A stretch of 61,986 nt of DNA, filler included. It is 10 parts of 10 records of this genome, joined end to end, with 100 filler letters (N's around TTAATTAATTAA, not from the genome) between each part and the next. Parts side by side here need not be neighbours in the genome. Positions count along the whole stretch, not along the records: positions 6,139 to 11,250 come from SRR7504441_5240; positions 11,351 to 20,498 come from SRR7504441_5243; 8 more parts are not named here. One strand, written 5' to 3'. Under the pieces are notes generated by a model that made no database searches, was not told the origin of the DNA, and saw only the letters and a list, made by a program, of their open reading frames with translations. Positions 9,019 through 20,598 of this stretch are shown piece after piece; positions within the stretch are counted from its first letter, which is position 1, and the number at the start of each line of letters is the position of its first letter. A program made the position numbers and the translations under genes.

Positions 9019-11135
9019 CTAGCCTCCCTCCTCAAACATCAAACCTGCTACCTAGCGGCCCTCATGCGACACAATCAAATGTAGAACCTCTTCCTCGAAT
9101 GCTGCCAGCTGCTCTTTGGGCATTTCATATGGCGAGTAGGCCTCTCCTGGGAAGCTTTGGTCCCTCACCTGAATGACTGCTCACTGTCACTATATGGTAC
9201 TGACCTCGCTAAACTGACTGTCACTACACCATAATTATACTACGCTGCAATACACTAGATTATTTTGCACTGTGCTACACTGGCCTCGTCTTTGTACTGT
9301 TCTAGCGCTTGCTCAATGAGTTTACCCACTGCAGCGTACTGTTTACAGAACTTGGGCACCACCTGATTGACAGGGGCTCAGCAGCTCAAAGCCGTCTCGC
9401 TTATTATGCTACCTTGGCGTGGTGGTGGTGCTGCATCATTCCAAGCAAGTCGTGGTATACCAGAACCTACCAACAACGCTGTGGCCCAGACGACTAGCAT
9501 GTATGTACAGAGCTATATACTAGAGCTACTCATCGGGCACTGCCCAACAGTGATAGGCACTGCCCACTATCAAATAAAAGTATTGTATGAATCCGATCGA
9601 ATAAAATAGAGATACCCTATAGAATGAATCAGAGAAGTGCAGTGCTTCAGACCAGAGATCGGTTAGCCCGTCTTCAGCCGGGATCAGCATTCTGTTCACA
9701 GATCAGGGGCGCAGGCCCGCCGCACAAGGCCTAAAGCACGCTCAGCCAACAGACAGAACAGCCTCATTCCCAAAGACGCACACATGCGCTTCAAAGACAG
9801 CGGGCAACGATCCGGCCACCCCGCCAGACCCAGCAGCCACAGCGCACTTGATTCAACAGGCAACAGTATCAACGCATCACAGCCACAAGCGTCTCGGACA
9901 CAGCCAGGAAGATGGTCAGCGGACTTGCCATGATCACTGTCACAGTCACAGCGTGAGAATTTCATCTAGCCACAGGGTATCGTTGTTAAGGTCACCAGGC
10001 CACCCCAGGTATACCTGCCCACTGGTGTGGCCTCCAGCCCCGATACCGATAGTTGGAATTTCCACCTGGCCGCTGGCAATCAATCTGCTCACGTGTGGCG
10101 TCTTCAACCGCCTCCGTGATCACTTGGGCAACCCTTGCTGGCACGCACTCGATCACAATTGCGAATGCCCCGGCCTCCTGACACGACATCAGCTGATGGG
10201 TTATGAATATGAGACCTGCAGGGCTCGAGCCTCAAGTACTAGCTGAGTGGCCTTCCGGGCGGTCTTGCCTTGCACTCGAAACCCGCCCAGCGTGCCCACA
10301 GCCTACCGTCACACAGTCAGCCCACCACTGCGAAATTGAGAAATATAGCCAAATTAAGATTGCGTGGCTGCAACTGAATTTGCCTGTGGCATGAGTCCAA
10401 TGTGCCCCATCACAGCCACGCCTCCAGACACCTGGCCTTCAGCCTTGAGAGCTAAAAATAACTGAATAGAATTGACCACTGCTTGCACAGTTTCTATCCT
10501 CTTTGGGCTGCCGCCTTCCAACTTGATGGCATCCATGCTATGAATAGCTCAATCCAGGATGATGCCACAGCTTACCAGCCCTCCTTTATCAGCCGGTACG
10601 CGTTCCGTTGGGCCTCGACAGGGCAAGCTTCGTACGACCCGAACGGAAGGTCGCCCACCTTCACAGGTCCGTCAACGGCCGCAGCACCCCACGGACCAGC
10701 AATGGGCGGTTGCACCCACGCTGAACGGCCTTGCAGTGGCCAAGCATATCGTCCATCGTCACTGGTAGGGTGGTGTCGTGGCCCTGGCCAGCACTCCCTG
10801 GGTTGTTTTTTATTAATTGTCACCAGCTGGACCATTCCAACAGAATCGCCCACCAGCACAATGTCAATTCCGGCTTTGTCCACATGCACCTTCCAGCACC
10901 GTCACCTATTTATATAATCCCCTCTCTAGCACCGCGGACGGGAAGTCGTAGGCGGTCACCATCGAGATTTTCTGTCCGCGGGCGCGCATACGCTGCAACT
11001 CGACCTATTATAGCCCATCCGTCCGGCAGCCCAGCTGCCGCACACGATGTTGATGTTCTTGCGTGGAGGAGCCGGTGCCGCTGGCGTGCACAGCCACTGC
11101 GCCCGCCCGACCACACGACACCGGACGCCGGACAT
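9019..11135 (-). CDS. panB: 3-methyl-2-oxobutanoate hydroxymethyltransferase, about 14 introns
   Basis: Spliced exons give [67 protein letters not shown] and PKFCKQY; the [12 protein letters not shown] segment resembles plant enzymes. Confidence 0.93.
9611..9981 (-). ncRNA. candidate structured RNA inside panB intron 9467-10014, family unidentified
   Basis: Nested stems 9970-9981/9611-9622, 9728-9739/9642-9653, 9889-9897/9770-9779 and 9841-9847/9784-9790; non-Watson-Crick positions are G-U on the transcribed strand. Confidence 0.5.
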
Positions 11136-11350
11136 AGCGGTCTAGATTGAGTTCTCTAATGCCGTTAGAGATCTGCCCTACCGTAGTACTTGAAGCGGTA
11201 GACCGGATCGAGGCTAGGAGGCATAGATGTGTAGCCCGGTAGCTCGGTCANNNNNNNNNNNNNNNNNNNNNNNNNNNNNNNNNNNNNNNNNNNNTTAATT
11301 AATTAANNNNNNNNNNNNNNNNNNNNNNNNNNNNNNNNNNNNNNNNNNNN

Positions 11351-14152
11351 ATACTGTATTTGATCCCAATCCAGCGCTTCAAAGTCAGCTGTCGAGATCC
11401 GAGACATGACTAAGCCCTTCTCTAATTCGACCCCATGTCTTGACTCAATCTTGCGAGCAGTGGACGCATCTTCCCACGAGCCAGCCAGATAGACCCACTC
11501 GCCCTGCTGCGCGATCCCTGAATACCAATGGAGGTTCCGTTGCTTGTTCATGTAACTACGCGTGTATTTCCAGCCATTCACTGGAGCTTCGGGGTTCTGC
11601 ACGATGAACACCAGTGTGCCCTGCGAGCTGAACATGGTGTGTGGTGCTAGCCAAAAGTCTGCTCCAAGCAGGTAGAGCCGTCGGTTGAGCATCAGTCCAG
11701 TGAATATCCACCACCAATGCTCCTGGTGCACTTGCCTATCAGTCCGTCCAGGAGGTTTCAATAGATCTACTGCCAAACCGCCTGCCCCCATCTGCAGGTG
11801 CAGACAGCTCGAGTTGGCCTGGCTCACCACAAACGCATTTCGAGGTAATGCCTTACCCTCTCGAGAACATGCCTGGGCATCATATCGGCCCCAGACTGTA
11901 TCTCCGAGCAGCCACAGCATCCGGGGCTCATCGGTTTGCCTGCCATTCAGAAGCGGGGGGAGCTGTATTGAGGTGGCTATGTCGGAACCAAGCATGCCTT
12001 GCAGCTGTACGCCCAGAGCTCGAACCAGTCCAGGCACCGCCTGTGGCACAAGACGCCACCCGTTGAGATCAACCGCGGTCGGCTGCCCTGGCTCCACAGG
12101 CAAGGCACATTTTTGCGTTTGATGCGCTGACAGAAGCGGAACGTTGCAGAATGCAGCCGCACTAGTCAGTGAACGGGGCTTACGGTTGCTCGCGGCGCTC
12201 TGCAGCGGGTATCGGATGTCTTGATGCGACAAGAGTGGCTTACACTGTGTGTCTGATGCAACGGCCGACGAATTTCCCGGAAGATGCCAGTAGATTATAT
12301 GAGCACACAGCGCAGACTGCACCACAGAGCTGCCCAGCATTGGCAGTGAGCCTGCAGCCTGCTCGAACAGCGGCGCGTGGCTGTAGCCCAAGTCTGAAAA
12401 CCGATGCACCCTGAACGGATCCACAAACATAGCCACGGCTAGAGTGCGGATAGGGGCGTCGCCCCACCTGTGAGTGTAAATCCCACCCGCTTTCCGAACT
12501 GAGTCCATCCATCGCTGCACTGGTGCAGATTGCCACACTGTAGCGTGTGAAATCTCAAAGTTGTTATAAAAGACAGCTTCGATGGGCCACTCATAGAAGA
12601 AGCTCGCCTCGGTTTCCGTGTCACTAAGGTGGTCCTGCGCCAGCTCCCACAGCCCGCTCACGCATTTAGGCTCCTCCTGGACCACAGAGACGTAAGAGTA
12701 CAGCATGTTGTTGGTCGCCATCATCTCGAACACGTCATAACCGATGGGCGACGGCAGTCTGGAATCGTCGTCCAGCCTCCAGTGCCACTCGAATCCCATC
12801 GCACTCAACAGTTTTGAAGCCTCAATTGCGTGGAATCGACACATGTGCCTGTACGAGAGCTGCCTTGGGCCGCACTCGGTGCTCTCCGGCACGCTCTCCG
12901 GTTTCAGACTCGGCTCGAGCGCTCCAAGCGACAGCTCCACCTGCGCAAATCGCACCCAGGACCACTGGCCGTCCATTGTGAGCATCTGCTGCGCCTCGGT
13001 GCTCAGTCCGCTTTCGTGGAACAGCACAATCGGGTAGCGGTACTGTGCATTGAAGTGCAAGTGGAGCTGCCGCAGCGTAATTACGAGCTGTGAGAGCCGT
13101 CCGGTATTGACTAGAAAGTAAATGGCCGCTCTGAGCCGGGTGGGCTTGCTGAAAAGCAGGCGAGGCGAAAGGCGGGCCGGCTCTGCTGGCAGCAGTTTGT
13201 TCCGGATGAACGAATACTCGCAGGCTGTAGGCAGCTGGCCGGTCAGCGTGGGCCCGATGTTGACCTCGCGGGCGAACGCCCGCATGTTGACGGCTTCCAG
13301 GTGGCCGAATAATTCAAACATGCGCTCCTGGATCGCAGCTGAGCTCGAGCTGTTGCCCAGGTGCAACTCTACCAACAGCTGGTCGAACGGCATGGCCAGC
13401 CCAGCCTCGTTCAGCGCTTCAAACACGGCCCACTCACAGCCCTCGCAGTCTATTTTGAGCAGCGACAGGTGCGAGTGCCCGAGTGATGCCATGTGCCCAA
13501 GCAGAGAGTTGGCAACTGGCCAGGTCCGGTCCTTGCCTGGGTGCGCACTGAGCGCCGCCTTGTGGAAATGCAGCTCTGGCGCGGCGTACCTGGGCAGTCC
13601 GCCCACCGTCGGGTCAAACACGTGCACTTCGCACCGGCCGGCCGACCGGGACAGGATTTCCTGCTCAAACGTCACGTCGTCCCGCGCACCGAACGAGTAC
13701 ACCACGCAGTTGGGCGACGATCCGAGCGCGTCTGGCTCGCAGACCCACTTGCCGCCGTCGCCCAGCCGGCCGAGCCGCTCGACCGACGGGCAGCTGAAAT
13801 CTGGGGCGAACCAGTCCCAGATGTAAACCCCGCGCATCACGTCCCATGGGTCGAACCGGCCGTTGATCAGGTTCTCGAGCGCCCCCCGCCGCCGATCCAG
13901 CCCGCGCCGGTACAGCTGCTCGGCCCGCGCCATCCAACCGCCGGACTCCGGCTCCGGGAGCCGGGAGCCGGCCACTCGGCGGGCCACGGTGGGCGAGAGC
14001 GTCGGGAGCGCCTCGGGCGCCCGGGGCGAGAGCACGAGCCAGAGAGCCCCCAGGCTGGCAACAGCCAGCACCAGCCCGATCCGGCCCCGGAGCGAACCCG
14101 CCGCACCCCTTAGCGGCGAGTGCGGAAGGGCGCGGGCCGGCGAGTGCACCAT
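11351..14152 (-). CDS. type II membrane fusion: METTL24/Methyltransf_22-like + GT15 (KRE2/KTR-type) mannosyltransferase + DUF4185-like domain; 3' truncated
   Basis: N-terminal TM; GDGGKWVC, VYSFG, LKIDCEGCEW, QLLVELH (MTase); YRHMCRF, WRLDDD, FYNNFEI, GGIYTHRWGDAP (GT15); LWLLGDT (DUF4185-like, weaker). Confidence 0.85.
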
Positions 14153-14251
14153 CTCCCGCTCGGCTATGCTCGGGTCTCCGGCGGTAACGCAGGAGCGGCA
14201 ACGGAAGCTGCCGGCTGCTCGATCCGTGACTCTGTGGATCACTACGAGGGG

Positions 14252-15431
14252 ATGCTGCCTCGGCTGCTGGTGGGGTTGGCTGGGGTCGGCCTGGCACTGG
14301 CCGGTCTGCGGGCCGCGATCCGACGGGGCAAGCGGGCTAGGCTGATACGAGCGCTGCCAAAGGCCTGCCTGCACGAGTGCGGCCAGCCGGCGCGCGGCCG
14401 GCGAGCTGGTCCGGCAGGCACCTGAACGGCTGCATCCGGGCCCAGACGCTGCGCGAGCTGTGCCTGGCCAAGCGAAGCGGGCTGGACGACCTGGACCGGG
14501 CGCTGGCTGTGATCGACCTGCCCGACCGCTCGCTGGGCGACTGCTTTGCCATCTTCGACCTGATCCACCGGGCGGTCGACGGGCTGCCCGCGGTCCGCAG
14601 GGTGGCCCGGGAGGCGCTCGAGGACTTCCAGGCGGCCGGCTGCCTGTGGGTCTGGCCGGAGGCGCGGTGTGACTGGCCGGCAGGTACCTGGAGCTCCGGA
14701 CCACCCCGCGGGGCGCGAGCAAGCGGCGGTACCTGGAGGCCGTCATCCAGGAGATGCGCGACTGGCCCGGTCCAATGGTGCCCCGGCTGCTCGTCTCGGT
14801 CGATCGGACCGCTGGACCGGCCTCCGCGATGGAGACGGCCGAGCTTGCGGTGTGTCTGGCGGCCGAGAGCCGGTTTGTGGTCGGATTAGACTTCAGCGGC
14901 AACCCGACAAAGGGCTGCTTCAAAGATTTCGTGCCGGCGTTCGAGCGGGCCCGGGCCGGGGGGCTCCGGTGCGCGGTGCACTGCGGGGAGACAGCTGGGC
15001 CGAATGAGAACCCGATGTTTGCTGTCGGGTTTGGGGCAGATCGGCTGGGGCACGCAGTGCACTGGCCGGAGGGGCAGCTAGAGCCGCTGCTCAGAGCAGG
15101 CACCCCGGTGGAGATATGTCCGACCAGCAACCTCAAGACGCTCCAGCTGAGCAGACTAGAGCAGCACCCCACGCTCGGAGCGCTGCTGCAGGCGGGCCAC
15201 CCGATCAGCATCAACTGCGATGACTGCGGCGTGTTCAGCAACGACATCTGTGCCGAGTACGCGCTGGTCAGCCGGGTGTTTGGGCTCTCGGTCGAGCGGC
15301 TCGGGCGGATTGGGCTGGCTGCGCTAGATCAAGGGTTTGCAGATGACGGCCTTAAGGCTCGGCTGAGACCGGTGTTTGAAGCAAAGCTAGCAGAGCTTGG
15401 CATCCAATTGACCGACTCGACTGATGCGTGA
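14252..15431 (+). CDS. ADAL: adenosine deaminase-like protein (N6-methyl-AMP deaminase type), 2 introns
   Basis: Spliced LPKACLHEHLNGCIR, YLELRTTPR, GLDFSGNP, VHCGE, RLGHA, EICPTSN, NCDD. Confidence 0.85.
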
Positions 15432-15621
15432 GCCACAAATAGCCAGGCTAAGCCAGGCCGGCCCTCCAGAGTCCAGAGTTCCGTGGAAATTGTTGGGTAG
15501 TCCTGAGCTCTAAATTAAATTAAATCTACGCCATGATCTAATGTTAGATCTGCGTTAGATTTATTTATTGCCATTCTATAAACTCGGTCTTACCAGCAAA
15601 TAAGTTGCTACGTAAATGTAG

Positions 15622-16274
15622 TCATTCTCCCTTATTGGGTCGCATCTTAATAAAGTGAATCGTAGCTTTCCGGAGCGAGTCACTCATCAGTCGCTTCAAA
15701 ACCAGTAGACCGACCGATGCTAGTACCCAGATGCTTAGCACCACGACCCAGACCCAGCGGTTCTCGTTGAGCTTGGCCACGGCGATCACCATCGAGACCA
15801 TGAACGCGAACGAGCTGGTGATCACCAGCACGCTCCCACCCTTGCCCACGAACGTGCTCCCCAGCAGGAAGGGCACGAAGTCGTCCAGCGGCTGCATTCG
15901 GATGTTGGTGACCAGAATCAGCACGAATGCGTTCCCGATCAGAGGGATCAGGATAGTGCAGCCGCCTATCACCAGACTAAGCGCTGAGTCCGGCGGGAGC
16001 ATCGCTGCACCACCCCCTGCTCAGCTGGGCGGCATGCAGGCGCACCGAAGAAGGCGGCCGCACCCCCGAAGAGCAGCATCAGGCACTGGCTCTGCAGATC
16101 GAACAGCGCCAGAATATCGTCCCGGCAGCTCTCCGGCCCATCCCGCACCGCTAGCACCAGCCAGTTGAGCTTGCGGTAGCACAAGCTGTCGACCGATCCC
16201 GGCTGACTGTCCAGCCAGGCGCGGACCAGTTGGCCCGACTCGGAGCTCCAAGCCTCACCGGCCCCTTTCGACAT
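15622..16274 (-). CDS. hypothetical multi-pass membrane protein, spliced
   Basis: Two ORF segments joinable by one short intron near 16005-16045; about four hydrophobic helices; head-to-head with the next gene. Confidence 0.5.
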
Positions 16275-16412
16275 GGTGTACCCGAGCTCCAGCCCGAACA
16301 CCGCCTTCTTGGGCCGGCTGAACCAAGCCTGCTGCTGGACCATGCGCCTGTGACACCCGGGGCGCCAGCTGCAGATTGCAGCAGTGCCAACCGACAACGG
16401 CCGCGGGGTCGG

Positions 16413-17247
16413 ATGCGTGTGCTGCTCCTGTGGCTGGCCTGGGCCGGCGCAGCCCCACCGCAGCCGGAGTGGGCGGAGAGCCAGTACCCGCTGGACCAGT
16501 GCCCGGCCTGCGGCCACTGCCCGGCTGGCTCGGTCTGCGGGCAGCTTGTGCCGACCAGCCGGGCCCAGCTCGAGGCCGACCTCCGCCGGCAGCGCGAATC
16601 GCTCGACTGGTTCGCGCTGCTCGTGATGGTGCCCCCGTCCTGTTGCAGCGGCTGATCCGGCTGCAGCTCCACATACCGGGCTGCCCTTTCTGCGCAACTG
16701 CGGCTAGCACGATGGCCGCGGTTGTGGCCCGGTGATCTGCCGCTCTCGGCAGGCTGAACGGCCTGGGCAGCTTCCCGCAGGTGCAGGCGGTGCGGCTGGA
16801 CGTAAGTTGGGAGCCGAGGCGCGCTGTGGGCAGCGCAGGCCGTTCAGCCGGGGCAGGTTCCTGTTAGATAATTCGGTGGCCGGAGTGCCAGTGGTGCTCG
16901 CTTTCAGCCCGAGCGGCATTGCTAGATATGAGCCCGAGACCCGCGAGCAGCAGCAGGCAACCCGCAGCCGTGCTAGGGCTCAACCACCCCCAGGACGTAG
17001 CCACACTTGTCAAATGGGTAGCGAAAGTTTCAGGCTGCCAACCTGGCCCCGAGCGGTGAGATGGGCAGTGGGTCGAACTGATTGGCCGTCGTGCAGGGAA
17101 CTGAGTTCAGTATCCTGGGCCACAGATATTGATAATGAGGAGAGGGGCTGGAGTTTGTTTGCATTGAGCTTGACGTTTCTCGTTGGTTTGGCTTCGGCGA
17201 GTGTTATGAACTTGATTCCCAAGTCTTGGAAATATCACTTTTCTTGA
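16413..17247 (+). CDS. secretory thioredoxin-like protein (CPFC) with C-terminal TM, spliced
   Basis: Signal peptide MRVLLLWLAWAGA; LHIPGCPFC after an intron; VAGVPVVLAF cis-Pro strand; C-terminal hydrophobic helix. Confidence 0.6.
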
Positions 17248-17395
17248 GCCTACTGGAACTAACTAATAATCATGCTAAATGTTGAATAAACGATCTTGCA
17301 AAAAGATCATTGAGAAGAGACTAGTTGCCATAGAATATAATCAAGTTTGTTTGTTAGAAGTTTGACGAACTTTAAATTGACCTTTGGATTGATTA

Positions 17396-17800
17396 TCAAT
17401 GGATTATGCTCTTGATCTGGTCGAGTTTGCGATCAAGGTCGTCGAGTTTAACGTGCTGTCCATCCGGGGCAGGGTCCTCAGAGTCCATGTCTTGCGACTC
17501 GCCCAAATCCTGTTGCATCTCTTCAGATGCTTCGCGCTGTTGCATCTCATGAAATCTGGTCATGTATTCTTTGAACATGGAGCGTGCGGCCTTCTTCACC
17601 CTGCTGTCATATTCGGTAGCGCGCTGCGCCCTTGCTTTTCGGCGTGCTGCCTGCCGCTCTTTGCGCTGTTGTTTTAATAACTTGATTTGGTCTTTCAATT
17701 TTCGCTGTTGATTTACCATAGGTTTTTGTAGTGATCTAAACTTTTTTGTTGCCAAGCGGCTAGCTGCTGCAATCGCTTTTGCGTGAAATTGAGACGACAC
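17396..17800 (-). CDS. hypothetical coiled-coil protein (probably a last exon)
   Basis: K/R/Q/E-rich helical ORF; upstream exons unresolved. Confidence 0.4.
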   Translation of the reverse strand: MSSQFHAKAIAAASRLATKKFRSLQKPMVNQQRKLKDQIKLLKQQRKERQAARRKARAQRATEYDSRVKKAARSMFKEYMTRFHEMQQREASEEMQQDLGESQDMDSEDPAPDGQHVKLDDLDRKLDQIKSIIH

Positions 17801-18735
17801 TCCAGCCAGTCTACTGGTCAGTTTTGCATCGTACTGCTTTTTGTATTTCTGAAATCTGTATTGAGCCGCCTGAGCTGGTCAAGAGAAGAGAACAGCAGCG
17901 GATCCAGAGAATCATGGACCGCGCAGCGGCACTGCAAAGCATCCGCAAATGCTTCCAGCATTGGTGCTCCAAGACGGGTCCACCAGGCAGTCACAAGATC
18001 AGATATCCGCCTCCACTTACACTTAATCAGCGGATGAAGTTTCAAAACGCCGAACGGAACGCAAGAAGACAGCTACATCTACTGTCCGCAAAGATCAAGA
18101 AAGCCACAGAAGACTGCCCCTCAGAGCAGCGCGAGGTACGCTAGTTGAGCGCTGTTCACTGAGATGTGCTGTGCCTGAAGGCGACAGGTGGCTCCGGCAT
18201 ACCTAGGGAGACAGCCCAGCAAAAGAAGCTAGAGGTGATTCTGCTGCCTCAAGTTTTGCCTCACTTGATCGTAACTTGCCTTTGTAGAAACTGAGAATGG
18301 AGCGGCAAGAACTCGCGGATTTAGTAGAACAATATGAGGAGCGCCTCGCGCTTGATGAATCTCTAAAGTCGAGGAAGGGAAGAAATCAACGGAAGCACGG
18401 TAAAGTTTGAACAAAAATAATAATAGCTAGTATTTGATTTCCCGATCACAACCAATCAATGACACTCGCACCGGGGAACTGTCGGCATACCGTCTAATAC
18501 CGTCGGCAGGGGAACAGAGGGAACGGGTGGCTAGAGGTAGGCCCACTGATGTACTTACTAGTGAGTTAGTAACTCGTACTCGTAGCTTATTAAGCTAGAG
18601 TGCGTGACCCATGGCTAGACCGCTGCGACCGCTGTTGAGTAGCTAGAACTCTCAAATGATTAATGGTGTAATCATCAGTTGATTGGCGGTGAGGAACTTT
18701 ACGATGAGGTAGCTATCTACTACTATCTACTAGAG

Positions 18736-20127
18736 CTATCGCGGACTAAGGTGCTCGTAGTTAGCACACCTCCCAAGCCGCGCACAGTCACGCATCGTAA
18801 TGGCCACCGCAAAAGCAAAACCAACCAAAAGGATGACCCCCAATGCCTTGATCTGGCCTCTCACGTCGAGCTGAATGCCAAACATGTTGTTTAGGCGTCC
18901 CCACCGTGGCCAGACTATTAGCATCGTGATCGTCTCGACCACCAGTGAACCAAGATATTTGACTGCCATTGAAAGCATGTACTGTGCCCCAACGTTTTCA
19001 GGAACGCGTGCAGCAGCTAATGCGGCGTGTGCAATCCTGGCGGAAGCGACCGTGAGCAGCAGCTCAGAGCATGAGTTGTAAGCAAGGATCCAAGCTCCAA
19101 GCTGCCACAGGGTCTTGGATACTGAGATCCCCAGTAGCAACATGCCGCTAAGCAGGAAAAAGGGTGCGACTGCAAACTTACCATATGCTGCTGTGGTCTT
19201 GCTATACCGAGCTGGTAGAAGAACGGCCACCGCTGCGCCAAGATAGGCCACGAATGATATCAGGGAATTGAACCGCTGGTCTGTGCACTTTGGTGCGATC
19301 TCGTATGAGACCAGTGGCCAGAGCGTCACTATTTGAGTGTGGATCCCGCGGGTGAAGGCCGACACGAGCAGCCATAGCACCAGGCTGATGGATGTGATGT
19401 TAGTGTGCATCTGCGCCCTCAGCCCGGCCAAGCTTCCCATCGACCGGCTGCCCAGTGTGTTCTCTGGAATCCAGCCGGCGTACCAGCCAGCCATCAGGCT
19501 GAGCAGTGAGAGCCCAGCTGAGCCGAGAGAGATGAGGAAGGGCATCCGGTACTGGGAGGTGGAGGAGCTGCCGCAGACCATCTCCGGGGCGAGCAATGAG
19601 ACCACAAAGCTGAACAGATTTGCCGAGAGCGAGGCGCAGAGCATGGCGCAGTTGTTGAGGCTGGCCACGGTCTGGAACTTATCGGGTGGGGCCAGCCAGT
19701 ACAACACAGCCGGCACTAGGAAAAGCGCAGTGAACGAGACCGCCCATGTGGCCTGTGATATCAGCAGTGCCGTGAACGAGCGGGCAAACAGCACAATCGC
19801 CACCGTCGCCACAGCAGCCGCGGCGGACAGGAGCAGCGCCGCCCGGCTGCCCAGAGCGACCAAGCCGGTCAGCATGAGCACGGCTGCCCCGATCTGGAAG
19901 GGGGTGTCCCAGGCGTACACGTCGGCCACCAGGGTGCTCCGGCTAATCCCGTACCGGATGAACACATAATCGGCGAAGAAGGCCTCCGACGGCTTGAACC
20001 AGTGGAAGAACTGGAAGCAGAACAGCGTGCCCAGCAGCAAATGCAGCCGCCGGCCATCCGGACCGGCCTCCAGTAGCGCCTCGCCCGCTGAGCCGGGCTC
20101 ACTGGGCTTTGCGGTCGGCGTGTCCAT
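18736..20127 (-). CDS. MFS transporter, reduced-folate/thiamine carrier (SLC19-like)
   Basis: About 12 TM segments; FCFQFFHWFKPSEAFFADY resembles the SLC19 N-terminal RPxExFxxxY motif; no obvious introns. Confidence 0.7.
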   Translation of the reverse strand: MDTPTAKPSEPGSAGEALLEAGPDGRRLHLLLGTLFCFQFFHWFKPSEAFFADYVFIRYGISRSTLVADVYAWDTPFQIGAAVLMLTGLVALGSRAALLLSAAAAVATVAIVLFARSFTALLISQATWAVSFTALFLVPAVLYWLAPPDKFQTVASLNNCAMLCASLSANLFSFVVSLLAPEMVCGSSSTSQYRMPFLISLGSAGLSLLSLMAGWYAGWIPENTLGSRSMGSLAGLRAQMHTNITSISLVLWLLVSAFTRGIHTQIVTLWPLVSYEIAPKCTDQRFNSLISFVAYLGAAVAVLLPARYSKTTAAYGKFAVAPFFLLSGMLLLGISVSKTLWQLGAWILAYNSCSELLLTVASARIAHAALAAARVPENVGAQYMLSMAVKYLGSLVVETITMLIVWPRWGRLNNMFGIQLDVRGQIKALGVILLVGFAFAVAITMRDCARLGRCANYEHLSPR

Positions 20128-20598
20128 CAGCAGCTCGCCGTCTTGCGCTTTGCTGCTTGTGAGGGCTGCCGATGGGAGGAGAGTGGCTGGCTGCTGGCTG
20201 CACACTGGCCGTGGGCTCTCTGCTAACGGGGCATCTCCTTTTACGCAACACGCATGCGCCCACGAGCGCGCGCTGGCTGCCTCGGGGTTTTTGACCTCGC
20301 CCGGAGACTCTGAGACAGACCGGCCAGACCGGCCACGCAAAAGACTCACGGACTCAAGGCGCTGGCAATGCAAAGGAAGGCTGAGTGCTGAGCTCAATTT
20401 AGTAACTCAACAACGAGTGAGCCTCACTAACTAAAGGAGAGCTCTGCGCAATGCACGGCCGGACAATAGTGAGTAAACTAGTCAACACACTATGTATTNN
20501 NNNNNNNNNNNNNNNNNNNNNNNNNNNNNNNNNNNNNNNNNNTTAATTAATTAANNNNNNNNNNNNNNNNNNNNNNNNNNNNNNNNNNNNNNNNNNNN

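Noticed and set aside
9611-9981. Assignment of the panB intron RNA as RNase P/MRP, U3 or telomerase RNA
   Set aside because: Partial look-alikes (GGCAAGUCCG, UUCUAUAGG, GAGCGUG) have the wrong order or spacing, and no telomeric template is visible; left unassigned.
14153-15247. First 365 aa of the 1314-aa minus-strand ORF
   Set aside because: Antisense shadow of the ADAL gene in GC-rich DNA; the credible start is ATG 14152 before the signal anchor.
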